A DNA stretch of 9,277 nucleotides from a virus (lineage: Duplodnaviria; Heunggongvirae; Uroviricota; Caudoviricetes). The notes under the pieces were generated by a model. It was given only the letters and a program-made list of their open reading frames with translations. It searched no databases and was not told the origin of the DNA. The position numbers and the translations under genes were made by a program. Below are positions 1-7,050 of the stretch, piece after piece. The DNA lies in the IMG/VR virus record IMGVR_UViG_2526164632_000010; one strand, written 5' to 3'. Every line of letters begins with the position of its first letter. Position 1 is the first letter of the stretch.

Positions 1-306
1 AACGGGGGCAAAGAGGGGGTGCAAATTTTGCCGTTCCAGCAGATCACCGCAAAAGATGAGTTCATGAATGTTAAGGCGGCATCCCGTGATGATGTGCTGG
101 CTGCGCACCGTGTTCCGCCGCAACTGATGGGGGCGATGCCGGGCGAAAAAAGTGCGTTTGGTGATGTGGAGAAGGCCGCGCGGGTTTACGCAATTAACGA
201 GCTGATGCCCGTTATGGAGGCCATGAAGCACATCAATGACTGGCTTGGCGAAGAGGTGATCCGTTTTAACTCTTATGCTCTTCTTGATGAAAAAACAGCC
301 CCGTGA
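1..306 (+). CDS. Phage portal protein, C-terminal part (gene starts upstream of the window)
   Basis: Reading frame is open from base 1 to TGA at 304-306 (the listed ORF 19-306 is its GTG-initiated tail). Residues resemble the C-terminal region of P2/PBSX-type portal proteins by recall only. Convergent with the replication gene, as Q and A are in P2-like genomes. Followed immediately by a hairpin terminator. Confidence 0.5.
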   Translation, partial: NGGKEGVQILPFQQITAKDEFMNVKAASRDDVLAAHRVPPQLMGAMPGEKSAFGDVEKAARVYAINELMPVMEAMKHINDWLGEEVIRFNSYALLDEKTAP

Positions 307-322
307 TGGGGCTGTCCTTTTT
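295..322. terminator. Bidirectional intrinsic terminator between convergent genes
   Basis: Stem CAGCCCC (296-302) / GGGGCTG (308-314) with loop GTGAT containing the stop codon; flanked by an A-run upstream and a T-run downstream, so it is U-rich after the hairpin on both strands. Confidence 0.6.
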
Positions 323-845
323 ACCAGAGCTGAACCATTTTCTGGGTTCCGTCAGGCTTGAGATTATCAATTTCAGAGAAAACGTAATATTGAATGGCTT
401 CACAAACGGTGGTGTAGGGTGAATTACCTTCTTTAAGTGGCACGATATTATTATTAACGCGAACCTGTATTTCATCGTTATACATTGCGATCGAAAGAGG
501 AGTATGCACGAAGGCGACTTCGCCAGGTGTGTCGTCAACCACTGTCTCAATGCTGAAAATCAGTTTTCGCTCATCATTGCCGCCCCTTGCTTTGGGGGTA
601 GCGGCAGGGATCTGAGATAAAGGCATTCTGCGAAATCCTTCGGCTGCTTCCAGTCCGCATGAAACGTAATGCTGGCGATTACCGTCGCTATCTGTCCAGG
701 TCTGTGATGGCAGCTCCAGCGAGATTTCATAAGCATCAACAATGCCCTGGGCAAGGCGTACAAGCGGGGTCAGATCTTCATTGCGGCGAAAGCTCTCCTT
801 TACCTGCTCCCGTTTTTCTCTTAACTGCTTGTAATTAATGACCAT
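321..845 (-). CDS. Hypothetical protein, 174 aa (orphan cargo gene)
   Basis: ATG at 845..843 preceded by GGAGG with a 7-nt spacer. The listed 187-aa ORF starts at an upstream GTG without an RBS, so the shorter start is preferred. No family recognised; region looks AT-richer than the replication gene by eye. Its stop abuts the bidirectional terminator. Confidence 0.6.
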   Translation of the reverse strand: MVINYKQLREKREQVKESFRRNEDLTPLVRLAQGIVDAYEISLELPSQTWTDSDGNRQHYVSCGLEAAEGFRRMPLSQIPAATPKARGGNDERKLIFSIETVVDDTPGEVAFVHTPLSIAMYNDEIQVRVNNNIVPLKEGNSPYTTVCEAIQYYVFSEIDNLKPDGTQKMVQLW

Positions 846-875
846 AAGACAGCCTCCATTGATTTCTTTGCTCGT

Positions 876-904
876 ATTTTGCACTTACGAAGTATGGTCG
901 GCAA
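876..904 (-). promoter_or_regulatory. Predicted sigma70 promoter for the 174-aa gene
   Basis: On the minus strand: -35 TTGCCG (complement of 899-904), 17-nt spacer, -10 CAAAAT (complement of 876-881), about 25 nt upstream of the ATG. Sequence-only prediction. Confidence 0.3.
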
Positions 905-944
905 GGTGCCGTATCGCTGACGCGCTTCGCTTGTCTGCTGCTTC

Positions 945-969
945 GCCGGGGCATAAAAAATTTATGCCC
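945..969. repeat. Perfect inverted repeat, 11-bp arms with 3-nt centre (CGGGGCATAAA-AAA-TTTATGCCCCG)
   Basis: Read directly from the sequence. No U-tract follows on either strand, so it is not a classic terminator; candidate operator or RNA/DNA hairpin upstream of the 174-aa gene promoter. Confidence 0.7.
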
Positions 970-1257
970 CGACTCTCCAGCTCCTGTATCAATCAGATAA
1001 TTTCACGACGCCTTCCAGTTTATCGCCACCATCGACGGTCAGACTCTTACGCAATCCCACCACGTTGACTGTATGTTCTCGCTGCCTCAGTGCGATTTTG
1101 ACGGCCTTACCTTTCACCCCATCAAATCAAAAGCCCTCACGCCTTTTTCATGCTCAGCGTGAGAAATATGGCCATTCTGTTGTGTCTCTGCGACATCGTT
1201 CAGGGAATGCTATTTACCCCCTGAAACGCGGGCTGTTCCCCCGTCACCTGCGCGTAG

Positions 1258-1300
1258 AAAAAACGCGTTTTTTGTGCACGTACGGATCCTTGACGGATCC
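1258..1300. repeat. 16-bp perfect palindrome AAAAAACGCGTTTTTT followed by tandem ACGGATCC repeats
   Basis: Palindrome at 1258-1273; ACGGATCC at 1282-1289 and 1293-1300. Non-coding region. Confidence 0.6.
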
Positions 1301-1343
1301 AGCCGCCACGCGGGCCGGAAGTACAAAAAGTCGTTCAAAAAAA

Positions 1344-1373
1344 TTGTGCAAACTTGTGCACTATCGTGCAAAC
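1344..1373. repeat. Three (T/C)GTGCA motifs phased at 10-bp intervals
   Basis: TTGTGCAAAC (1344-1353), TTGTGCAC (1354-1361), TCGTGCAAAC (1364-1373). Helical-turn phasing suggests a protein-binding array; function unknown. Confidence 0.5.
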
Positions 1374-1396
1374 AAAAAAGCGCCTTATCGGCGCTT
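1371..1396 (-). terminator. Intrinsic terminator on the minus strand, just after the 89-aa ORF
   Basis: Minus-strand RNA would read AAGCGCC-GAUAA-GGCGCUU followed by UUUUGUUUG. Stem is 1378-1384/1390-1396. Only an A-rich tail follows on the plus strand. Confidence 0.6.
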
Positions 1397-1404
1397 CAAA
1401 AATA

Positions 1405-1674
1405 TCAATTGTTGCTGTGTATTAATCGCCAACCACGAACATATGCTTCATAAGCATCTCTGTGCCTTACAGTTCCAGCCTGGCTAAACGGAATGTTAGC
1501 TAAAACTAAATCATTCTGAGCCATAGCGCGTCCTTCAAGCGCATCTTTTATGCCTAGCTCAAAAGCACAGGCAGCGCATTTGTGCCGACCTTCTTGTCCT
1601 TGATATTCAGGGAGAGACAGAAATGTTGGGTTATAACGATGAGGGTTCTTGCAAATACCTGTTTTAGCCCGCAC
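1405..1674 (-). CDS. Hypothetical small protein, 89 aa (candidate effector of the antisense-regulated module)
   Basis: GTG start at 1674 with GAGGT about 9 nt upstream. An alternative internal start at ATG 1524 with AAGGA and a 6-nt spacer would give 39 aa. Terminator lies directly after the stop. No family recognised and no transmembrane segment. Confidence 0.4.
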   Translation of the reverse strand: MRAKTGICKNPHRYNPTFLSLPEYQGQEGRHKCAACAFELGIKDALEGRAMAQNDLVLANIPFSQAGTVRHRDAYEAYVRGWRLIHSNN

Positions 1675-1741
1675 TTTATTTACCTCATAGGAAAAATATG
1701 CGTGCCTTTACAGAGGTGCGTGTAAGCAATAAAATATACGA

Positions 1742-1838
1742 CGCACATTTTGATTTACTTCGGAAGGCACGCATATCAGGTTAAGTGAGTCCGACCGAGT
1801 TCTACGCCCCAATAGTTGCTGCTATTGGGGCGTTTTGC
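1742..1838 (+). ncRNA. Candidate antisense sRNA of about 95 nt, opposite the leader of the 89-aa gene
   Basis: Plus-strand promoter-like -35 TTTACA (1707-1712), 17-nt spacer, -10 TAAAAT (1730-1735). Ends at a strong terminator (1805-1832 stem plus TTTT). No plus-strand protein gene explains this terminator. Confidence 0.35.
1804..1838 (+). terminator. Intrinsic terminator on the plus strand
   Basis: Perfect 11-bp stem CGCCCCAATAG (1805-1815) / CTATTGGGGCG (1822-1832), loop TTGCTG, followed by TTTTGCAT. No U-tract on the minus strand. Confidence 0.65.
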
Positions 1839-1882
1839 ATGGACAATGCCGCGCAATTATCTTGTCGCTCACAATGCGAACG

Positions 1883-1910
1883 ATCTTACAAAAAGGCACA
1901 TTACTGTCAA
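1883..1910 (-). promoter_or_regulatory. Predicted sigma70 promoter driving the minus-strand leader and 89-aa ORF
   Basis: On the minus strand: consensus -35 TTGACA (complement of 1905-1910), 16-nt spacer, -10 TAAGAT (complement of 1883-1888). It sits in an AT-rich spacer containing several GATC sites. Confidence 0.4.
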
Positions 1911-2038
1911 GATAATTGATCGTTTTAATCGATAGATAATAGACAATCTATTTGTTTAACAGATCGATTATTGAAGTAAGTGCGCCAAATGGAATGATAC
2001 TGTTTCTATAAATGTGAGCATTTTTCGCGCAGATGCTT

Positions 2039-2350
2039 TTACCCAGGAAATAACGCCCGGATATTCCCAGCCATCTGGCTGGTTATCTTAGCCACTGGTG
2101 CAGACTGTGCTTCAAACTTTTTTGAGCTGATTTGTGTCACAGGTAACATCTCATCATCAGCCCATGCGGCCAGTCGGTAAGCCTCTGCCGGATTCGTCTT
2201 CAGAAGTGCCAGCCCGGCCAGAAAAGCCACGCGTTGGCCGCTTTTGCGGGCTTCTGGTGTAAGGCTGTCCAGCCAGGCGCATGCTTCTCCTTCGTTCTTG
2301 ACGGCAGCTGGCTTCAGATAGAAACTTATTCTTCTGGTTGGTGTCGTCAT
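2039..2350 (-). CDS. parR: ParR/StbB-like centromere-binding partition adaptor, 103 aa
   Basis: Immediately downstream of parM with a 4-nt gap. N-terminal RRISFYLKP...LDSLTPEARKSGQRVAFLAGLALLKTNP resembles plasmid R1 ParR (RRTIAFKLNP...LDSIPQGERSRLNRAALTAGLALYRQDP) as recalled. Confidence 0.8.
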   Translation of the reverse strand: MTTPTRRISFYLKPAAVKNEGEACAWLDSLTPEARKSGQRVAFLAGLALLKTNPAEAYRLAAWADDEMLPVTQISSKKFEAQSAPVAKITSQMAGNIRALFPG

Positions 2351-2354
2351 TGGT

Positions 2355-3314
2355 TTACTCCTTGTTCATTGCGTACAGCCCATTAACCAGAGCAAACTGT
2401 GGCACCCCGTCCGCGATGAAAGTCGCATTAACTCCGCAGGCTTCGCGGATAGCGGGTGCCACAATCTCCGCCCCTCCACCGACAACCATCACCCGCCCGT
2501 AACCGGAAAAACCCGCCAGCGCGCGGATCACTCGTTGTTTCAGTGTCTCCTCCTTTTCACGAATAACCGCCATCAGGCTGTTGTAATGCGCGTCATTGTG
2601 AATGTGCTGGCGCAGCCAGGCTTCATCGTGACGGTGCTCAATAATGGTATTGGCGATGTGGTGACTGGTACGCATACCGTTAGTGGCCATCACCGACAGC
2701 ACGGCATCAGCCATCAGGGAAACGCCTACGTTTGGATCGCAAAACACCTGGCTGATACCTGCCAGCTGCCCCTGAACCTTTGCCACATCCAGCGTGGTTC
2801 CGCCCAAATCCACAATCAGCAGGGATTCAAACGGACTCATGTCAGCCAGTGCCTTAAAGCCAGCCGGAATGGATTCAGGCATAACCCGTACGTTACGGAT
2901 AGTGAATGCTTCGCCGTTCTGGTACTCCACCGGGCGCATGACGTTCGCTTTTTTGCGGTTGATGTTGGCCATGTCCGGCTGTGCGTTTGTGTCGAAATAC
3001 TCGCTCAGTGGCAGGGTGACAACCACATCCACCTCCTGTGGCGTGATGCCTGATTTGACCAGCGCGTGATGAATGGCGATTACATTCACATCGCTGTACT
3101 GGTATTGCGTGTCAGTCGTCTGGACAAAACGATCGCTGACCGGATCAAAGCCATAGCGCACGCCATCAAGCATGTAGTTCGCGGGATGCGTGCCACCGAA
3201 CGGCGCAGACCATTCCGACTTGAAGCTGTTCGGGCTGATGGCGTTGCGGCGTTCGCCGTTCTCAGTCCATGCCAGCTTGATGTTGGTGGAGCCGTCGTCG
3301 ATACAAATTTTCAT
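2355..3314 (-). CDS. parM: ParM/StbA-like actin-type plasmid segregation ATPase, 319 aa
   Basis: ATG at 3314 with AAGGA 8 nt upstream. Motifs shared with R1 ParM as recalled: N-terminal IDDGSTNIKL, YSDVNVIAIHHAL, NRKKAN, VMPESIPAG, LIVDLGGTTLD, GVSL, GGGAE, LVNG. Confidence 0.93.
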   Translation of the reverse strand: MKICIDDGSTNIKLAWTENGERRNAISPNSFKSEWSAPFGGTHPANYMLDGVRYGFDPVSDRFVQTTDTQYQYSDVNVIAIHHALVKSGITPQEVDVVVTLPLSEYFDTNAQPDMANINRKKANVMRPVEYQNGEAFTIRNVRVMPESIPAGFKALADMSPFESLLIVDLGGTTLDVAKVQGQLAGISQVFCDPNVGVSLMADAVLSVMATNGMRTSHHIANTIIEHRHDEAWLRQHIHNDAHYNSLMAVIREKEETLKQRVIRALAGFSGYGRVMVVGGGAEIVAPAIREACGVNATFIADGVPQFALVNGLYAMNKE

Positions 3315-3344
3315 GTCGATTTTCCTTATGTTGGTTAATTAACC

Positions 3345-3457
3345 GTTTACGGGATTTTTAAATCCCGCTTTCGCCTGTTTTGTGCGCGCTTCATATATCG
3401 CGGCGCGTTTTTTGCTCATTTACGGGATTTGTGGATCCCGTTTCTGTCTGTTTTTTG
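3345..3457. repeat. Two imperfect 40-bp direct repeats, each with a CGGGAT...ATCCCG inverted repeat, upstream of parM
   Basis: Copy A at 3345-3384 and copy B at 3418-3457, about 30 of 40 positions identical, 73 bp apart. Copy A is intergenic; copy B overlaps the last codons of the replication gene. Position relative to parM matches a parC-like centromere/operator. Confidence 0.45.
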
Positions 3458-6198
3458 TTTCCACTGGTCAGGCCACCCTGCAGCAGGTCTGCTTTGCGGC
3501 TGGCGCGTTCAGTGGTTTCACTGATTCTCTGTGCGTGCTCTGCGTCGCGGATGGCGCGCAGCATGTCAGAAAGCACGGTAACGGGTGTTTTCATGGTGTT
3601 CTGATCCTGCTGAAGTGCGGATGCCAGGCGTGCGGCGGCTTCGGGGTCTGATGCCCCCAGCTGTGCCAGATAGCTGGCGACCGGGTTATGGCGGATCTCC
3701 GTGCTGCTTACGCCGTGATTACGGCTCAGGTGCTGCCAGAGCTGCGTGATTCGGCTGTCCGGGCGGGTATCCGGTTTGCGTACAATTTCATATCCCTGCG
3801 GTGCAATGATGCTGCCGTCAACGTACAGGCTGCCGCCCCGTAGCAGGTGCTGCATCTGCTGTTCACCGATATGCAGGCCGAGAGATTCGGCAGACTCCCG
3901 CCATTCTTTAGCGAGTAATTCGTGGTTATCAGGCAAAGGCCGCTGCTGTTTGCGGCTCTGTGTCCAGCTCTGCATTTCATCACTGCTGTTTTTTGCCTGT
4001 TTGTCACGAAGCGAACGCATCAGCGCCCGGCGTTCGTGCCGTTTCAGTGAGCGCATCCATTCGTTCACTTCAACGCCGTCAGGAAGCTGCGGCCACGGTG
4101 CTGGCCGTTCTTTCGACTGTTCTGTCCCGCTGTTGCCTGTTTCCTGTACACGGGGACAGTTATTGCCACGAGTCCAAGGGGCGGCAGGGCCGCCCTGAAG
4201 GTCAAAACCATTTTCGCGGGCGCTGTCTTCCGCTTCCGGTTTGCGTCTTACCAGCTTCCAGTTATCCGGATGCGTGCACACACGGGAGGATTCCCCGATG
4301 AGTGGTGACCAGATCCCGTAAATCTGTACGCTCTGTTCGCCGTAATCGTTCAGCTCATCGGCGAGGTCGTAGGCGGTGCGAATCAGGTAGTCTTTGCGTG
4401 GAACAAGTACGCCGCCCTGTTTCTCTATGTAGGTGGCAAAACATCCTGCATCAGCGGCAGCGAGTACCGCATCCATTGCGTCATCCTTCAGCCGTTGCGG
4501 GCCTTCCGGGTTGCGTGCCATCTGGCTGGCAAGGCGGCGGAGTTCACGCCACACCTGACGGGAGGGGATGCCAAAGAACTGGAACTGGCGGACCCGGTGA
4601 AGGCGCGCCCAGCCGATGGCGCGTTCCACGCTCTCGGCCATTGATTTTCCGGTTTCGTGGTCAACGCGTGGCTTGCCCGTTTTCTGGTCGATGCCATCCA
4701 CGGCGCGGCTGTCCAGGTTCTTTCCGATGTAGGTGGCGATGTAGCTGGTTGGTGTGCCTTTTGAGCCGTCTACGTACTCCGCCTTAAAACGCGGAGTTAT
4801 GTCATCGCCCAGCTCGTGGCGGTCTTCCTGAATGGCAATATCGCAGACGTGGGACACGATGGTTTCAATCTCGTCCGGATGTGCAAAGACCATCATATGC
4901 CAGTGCACGGTGCCGTCATGGTGAGGCTCCACCGTGCGGATGCCATACCAGCGCAGGCCGTCGCGGTTCAGTTTCTTGCGGACCGCCGCAAAAAACGTGT
5001 TAACCAGGTAATCGCTGGAGTCGCGCATGGTGGCCCCGTTCCATTTGGGATTCGGATGACCGTTCTCTGTTGTGGCGTGGTATTTTGACGGGCAGGTGAC
5101 AGTCAGAAACACCGCTTTGTCGCCACGGGCTTCGGCCAGAAGTTCCAGCCCCTTCATGGTGGCCATCATTTCTGCCTTACGGTGAACCGGGTTACTTACT
5201 CCCGCGTAATACACTGTCTCGAGATCAATCGTGAACCCGTCTTCGTTTTCCAGCATGAAACTTTTCAGGAAATCGCGTGTTTTCTCGCGCTGTGCGCGAA
5301 ACTCGCTTAACGCGTCCTGGCTCAGATAGGGTGATGTTTTTCTGGAAACCAGACAGGCGGCGCGGAGTTGTTCTTCTCTCCACTCGCAACGTAACAGCCA
5401 CAATTTGCGTTTCCACCATTCCGCACAGGTCAGGCGAAGGATTGCGCCCGGTAACAGTTCCGTATCCGGATCGCTCTTGTTCAGGGCTTCGTAATGTGGC
5501 GGCATGATGTGCAGGCGTAATGCGATACGGGCCAGCATCCGGTAAGCCTTCAACATTACATCCATGGTCAGCTCGCCATCTCTGGCACCAAAGCCATCGC
5601 AGAGTGTTTCGAAGGTGCTGCTGAACATCGCCGCCGTCATGGTGGCCAGCGTCTGTATCTGGTGCTTGTTGAGCTGCGGCAGGTAAAGCAAATCGTCCAG
5701 GCGTTCGCGCCCGGCAAGGGAGCGATAACCCGGTGTCAGCCAGCGCCCGTCAGTGCGATCCAGACGTTCGAATATTTTGCGCAGGGTCCCGCGCGCGTAG
5801 CGTTCAGCCTGCTGGTTCTTTTTACCTTTCTGGCGGTCAGATTCCTGTTTTTTGCGCAGGAAGGAGAGGTGGCGAATAAGCGGATCGCGCAGATAGGATG
5901 GCAGCAGGCGCAGCGAGGCCATGGCTTCATCCACCGCGCCGCGTACCTGCTTTCTGGCGTCTCCTGCCAGTGTGATGGTTTTGTCCTGTTTTTCCTGTGC
6001 GTCCAGGCTTTTATTAATCAGGTTGCCCAGCGGCGTGGCGGAGAACGCCGCATCAGCCATTTCCTGGCAGCGCTCGTTCTCTGCCCGGTAGGCATCCAGC
6101 CAGGAGGAAAGCGCGGATTCAGGAGCGGGGATCCCCGTTCCTTCACGCCCCACTGCGTGGCGCGGTTGCTGCCAGTCCCTGATGTACTCTGCCGTCAT
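3391..6198 (-). CDS. Rolling-circle replication initiator, P2 gpA family (HUH endonuclease), 935 aa
   Basis: HUH motif HWHMMVF near residue 431-437 and active-site-like tyrosine pair Y486/Y490 in SYIATYIGKNLD, the same Y-x3-Y spacing recalled for P2 A and phiX174 A. Long ORF; start is 6 nt after the stop of the preceding gene. Confidence 0.9.
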   Translation of the reverse strand: MTAEYIRDWQQPRHAVGREGTGIPAPESALSSWLDAYRAENERCQEMADAAFSATPLGNLINKSLDAQEKQDKTITLAGDARKQVRGAVDEAMASLRLLPSYLRDPLIRHLSFLRKKQESDRQKGKKNQQAERYARGTLRKIFERLDRTDGRWLTPGYRSLAGRERLDDLLYLPQLNKHQIQTLATMTAAMFSSTFETLCDGFGARDGELTMDVMLKAYRMLARIALRLHIMPPHYEALNKSDPDTELLPGAILRLTCAEWWKRKLWLLRCEWREEQLRAACLVSRKTSPYLSQDALSEFRAQREKTRDFLKSFMLENEDGFTIDLETVYYAGVSNPVHRKAEMMATMKGLELLAEARGDKAVFLTVTCPSKYHATTENGHPNPKWNGATMRDSSDYLVNTFFAAVRKKLNRDGLRWYGIRTVEPHHDGTVHWHMMVFAHPDEIETIVSHVCDIAIQEDRHELGDDITPRFKAEYVDGSKGTPTSYIATYIGKNLDSRAVDGIDQKTGKPRVDHETGKSMAESVERAIGWARLHRVRQFQFFGIPSRQVWRELRRLASQMARNPEGPQRLKDDAMDAVLAAADAGCFATYIEKQGGVLVPRKDYLIRTAYDLADELNDYGEQSVQIYGIWSPLIGESSRVCTHPDNWKLVRRKPEAEDSARENGFDLQGGPAAPWTRGNNCPRVQETGNSGTEQSKERPAPWPQLPDGVEVNEWMRSLKRHERRALMRSLRDKQAKNSSDEMQSWTQSRKQQRPLPDNHELLAKEWRESAESLGLHIGEQQMQHLLRGGSLYVDGSIIAPQGYEIVRKPDTRPDSRITQLWQHLSRNHGVSSTEIRHNPVASYLAQLGASDPEAAARLASALQQDQNTMKTPVTVLSDMLRAIRDAEHAQRISETTERASRKADLLQGGLTSGNKKQTETGSTNPVNEQKTRRDI

Positions 6199-6204
6199 AG
6201 TGAT

Positions 6205-6570
6205 TTACTTCGTTATGCCATTCAGGGTGTCGCGGCAGACTGTAGCCAGCCGCTGAATTTCCAGCACGGTGTCTTCTGTGTCGGCATGGCGATGTGTGAT
6301 GCGGATGCTGTCGGCAATCACATCGACGATTGCAGAGGATGGGCGCTGGTAAATGCCAATAACGGACGGGGTGCCACCTTCAATGCGGTAAAGCCTGTAA
6401 TTTCCCTCGTGGCTGTCAATCATGTAGCGACCATCAATAACAATCTTTCCGTCAGCGAGCTGCGGTACAGGCAGGGATTTCAGGTACATGTCATAACGTT
6501 CACGCACGCGAACGGCAAGATCACGTTCTGTGTTGAGCAGGTATTCAAGAAAGTCGTTGGCGAGAATCAT
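6205..6570 (-). CDS. Hypothetical protein, 121 aa (early operon, directly upstream of the replication gene)
   Basis: ATG at 6570 with AAGAGGA about 8 nt upstream; tightly linked to the replication gene. No family recognised. Confidence 0.6.
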   Translation of the reverse strand: MILANDFLEYLLNTERDLAVRVRERYDMYLKSLPVPQLADGKIVIDGRYMIDSHEGNYRLYRIEGGTPSVIGIYQRPSSAIVDVIADSIRITHRHADTEDTVLEIQRLATVCRDTLNGITK

Positions 6571-6642
6571 TGCGGCAATCCTCTTGTTACAGATGTGCGA
6601 AGGCCTCCCGCCGCAAGGTGCAGGAAAGGCCCGGAACAGGAA

Positions 6643-6873
6643 TTAATGGAGTTTGTTTTGCTGCTGGATGAGCTGCTGAAGCTCGCGCAGATCATCCGCC
6701 AGATAACTGAAAACAGCGGATGAATAGAGGTTTGAAAGTTCGCAGCTACGCTCATGCAGCATATTGATGTGCATGATTTGCGCGACGCGTGATGCGCGGG
6801 AAAGTCTGCGGTTGATTTCAGTCTGGATGTGACGACGCTCCGCGATAGTGCGGTGCTGTTTGCGGTTTGCCAT
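6643..6873 (-). CDS. Hypothetical small basic protein, 76 aa (possible regulator)
   Basis: ATG at 6873 with AGAGG and a 7-nt spacer. Basic N-terminus and helical-looking sequence. An overlapping 205-aa ORF in another frame is low-complexity and was rejected. Confidence 0.55.
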   Translation of the reverse strand: MANRKQHRTIAERRHIQTEINRRLSRASRVAQIMHINMLHERSCELSNLYSSAVFSYLADDLRELQQLIQQQNKLH

Positions 6874-7050
6874 GGTGTGGCCTCTACGTGTGTAAGTTTT
6901 GAAAACTCACCATCCAGAGCTGCGAAACTGTGGGTGGCGAGACGTACGAGGTTCGCAGTACCGGCAAACGCAGAACCCGGCCCGACCGAAGTCGGCCCCG
7001 TACGCCCCACCATAATTCTGATGCGAAAAAGACGTGGCGATACAGTACGC

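Noticed and set aside
838-1487. Plus-strand ORFs 838-1068 and 1065-1487
   Set aside because: They run through the palindromes and repeat arrays of the non-coding region, have implausible composition and no RBS; the second would read through the minus-strand terminator.
1696-1776. Retron-like non-coding RNA suggested by the 13-bp inverted repeats
   Set aside because: No reverse transcriptase gene anywhere in the window; the structure is better explained as part of the leader/antisense module.
1405-1911. Hok/Sok-type module specifically
   Set aside because: No Hok-like hydrophobic peptide is encoded in any frame of the minus strand here; only the general antisense architecture is retained as a finding.
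846-2038. P2/186-type cos site with the canonical 19-nt cohesive-end sequence
   Set aside because: No convincing match to the remembered GGCGAGGCGGGGAAAGCAC-type sequence on either strand by eye; recorded only as an expected but unlocated feature.
2535-3338. Plus-strand ORFs antisense to parM (2535-3053, 2794-3069, 3066-3338)
   Set aside because: They lie entirely within the strongly supported parM coding region on the opposite strand and have no start context.
3746-6723. Plus-strand ORFs antisense to the replication gene (for example 5662-6723, 4302-4787, 3746-4198, 3960-4301)
   Set aside because: Cys/Arg-rich, low-complexity translations typical of shadow ORFs opposite a GC-rich coding strand; no RBS or promoter context.
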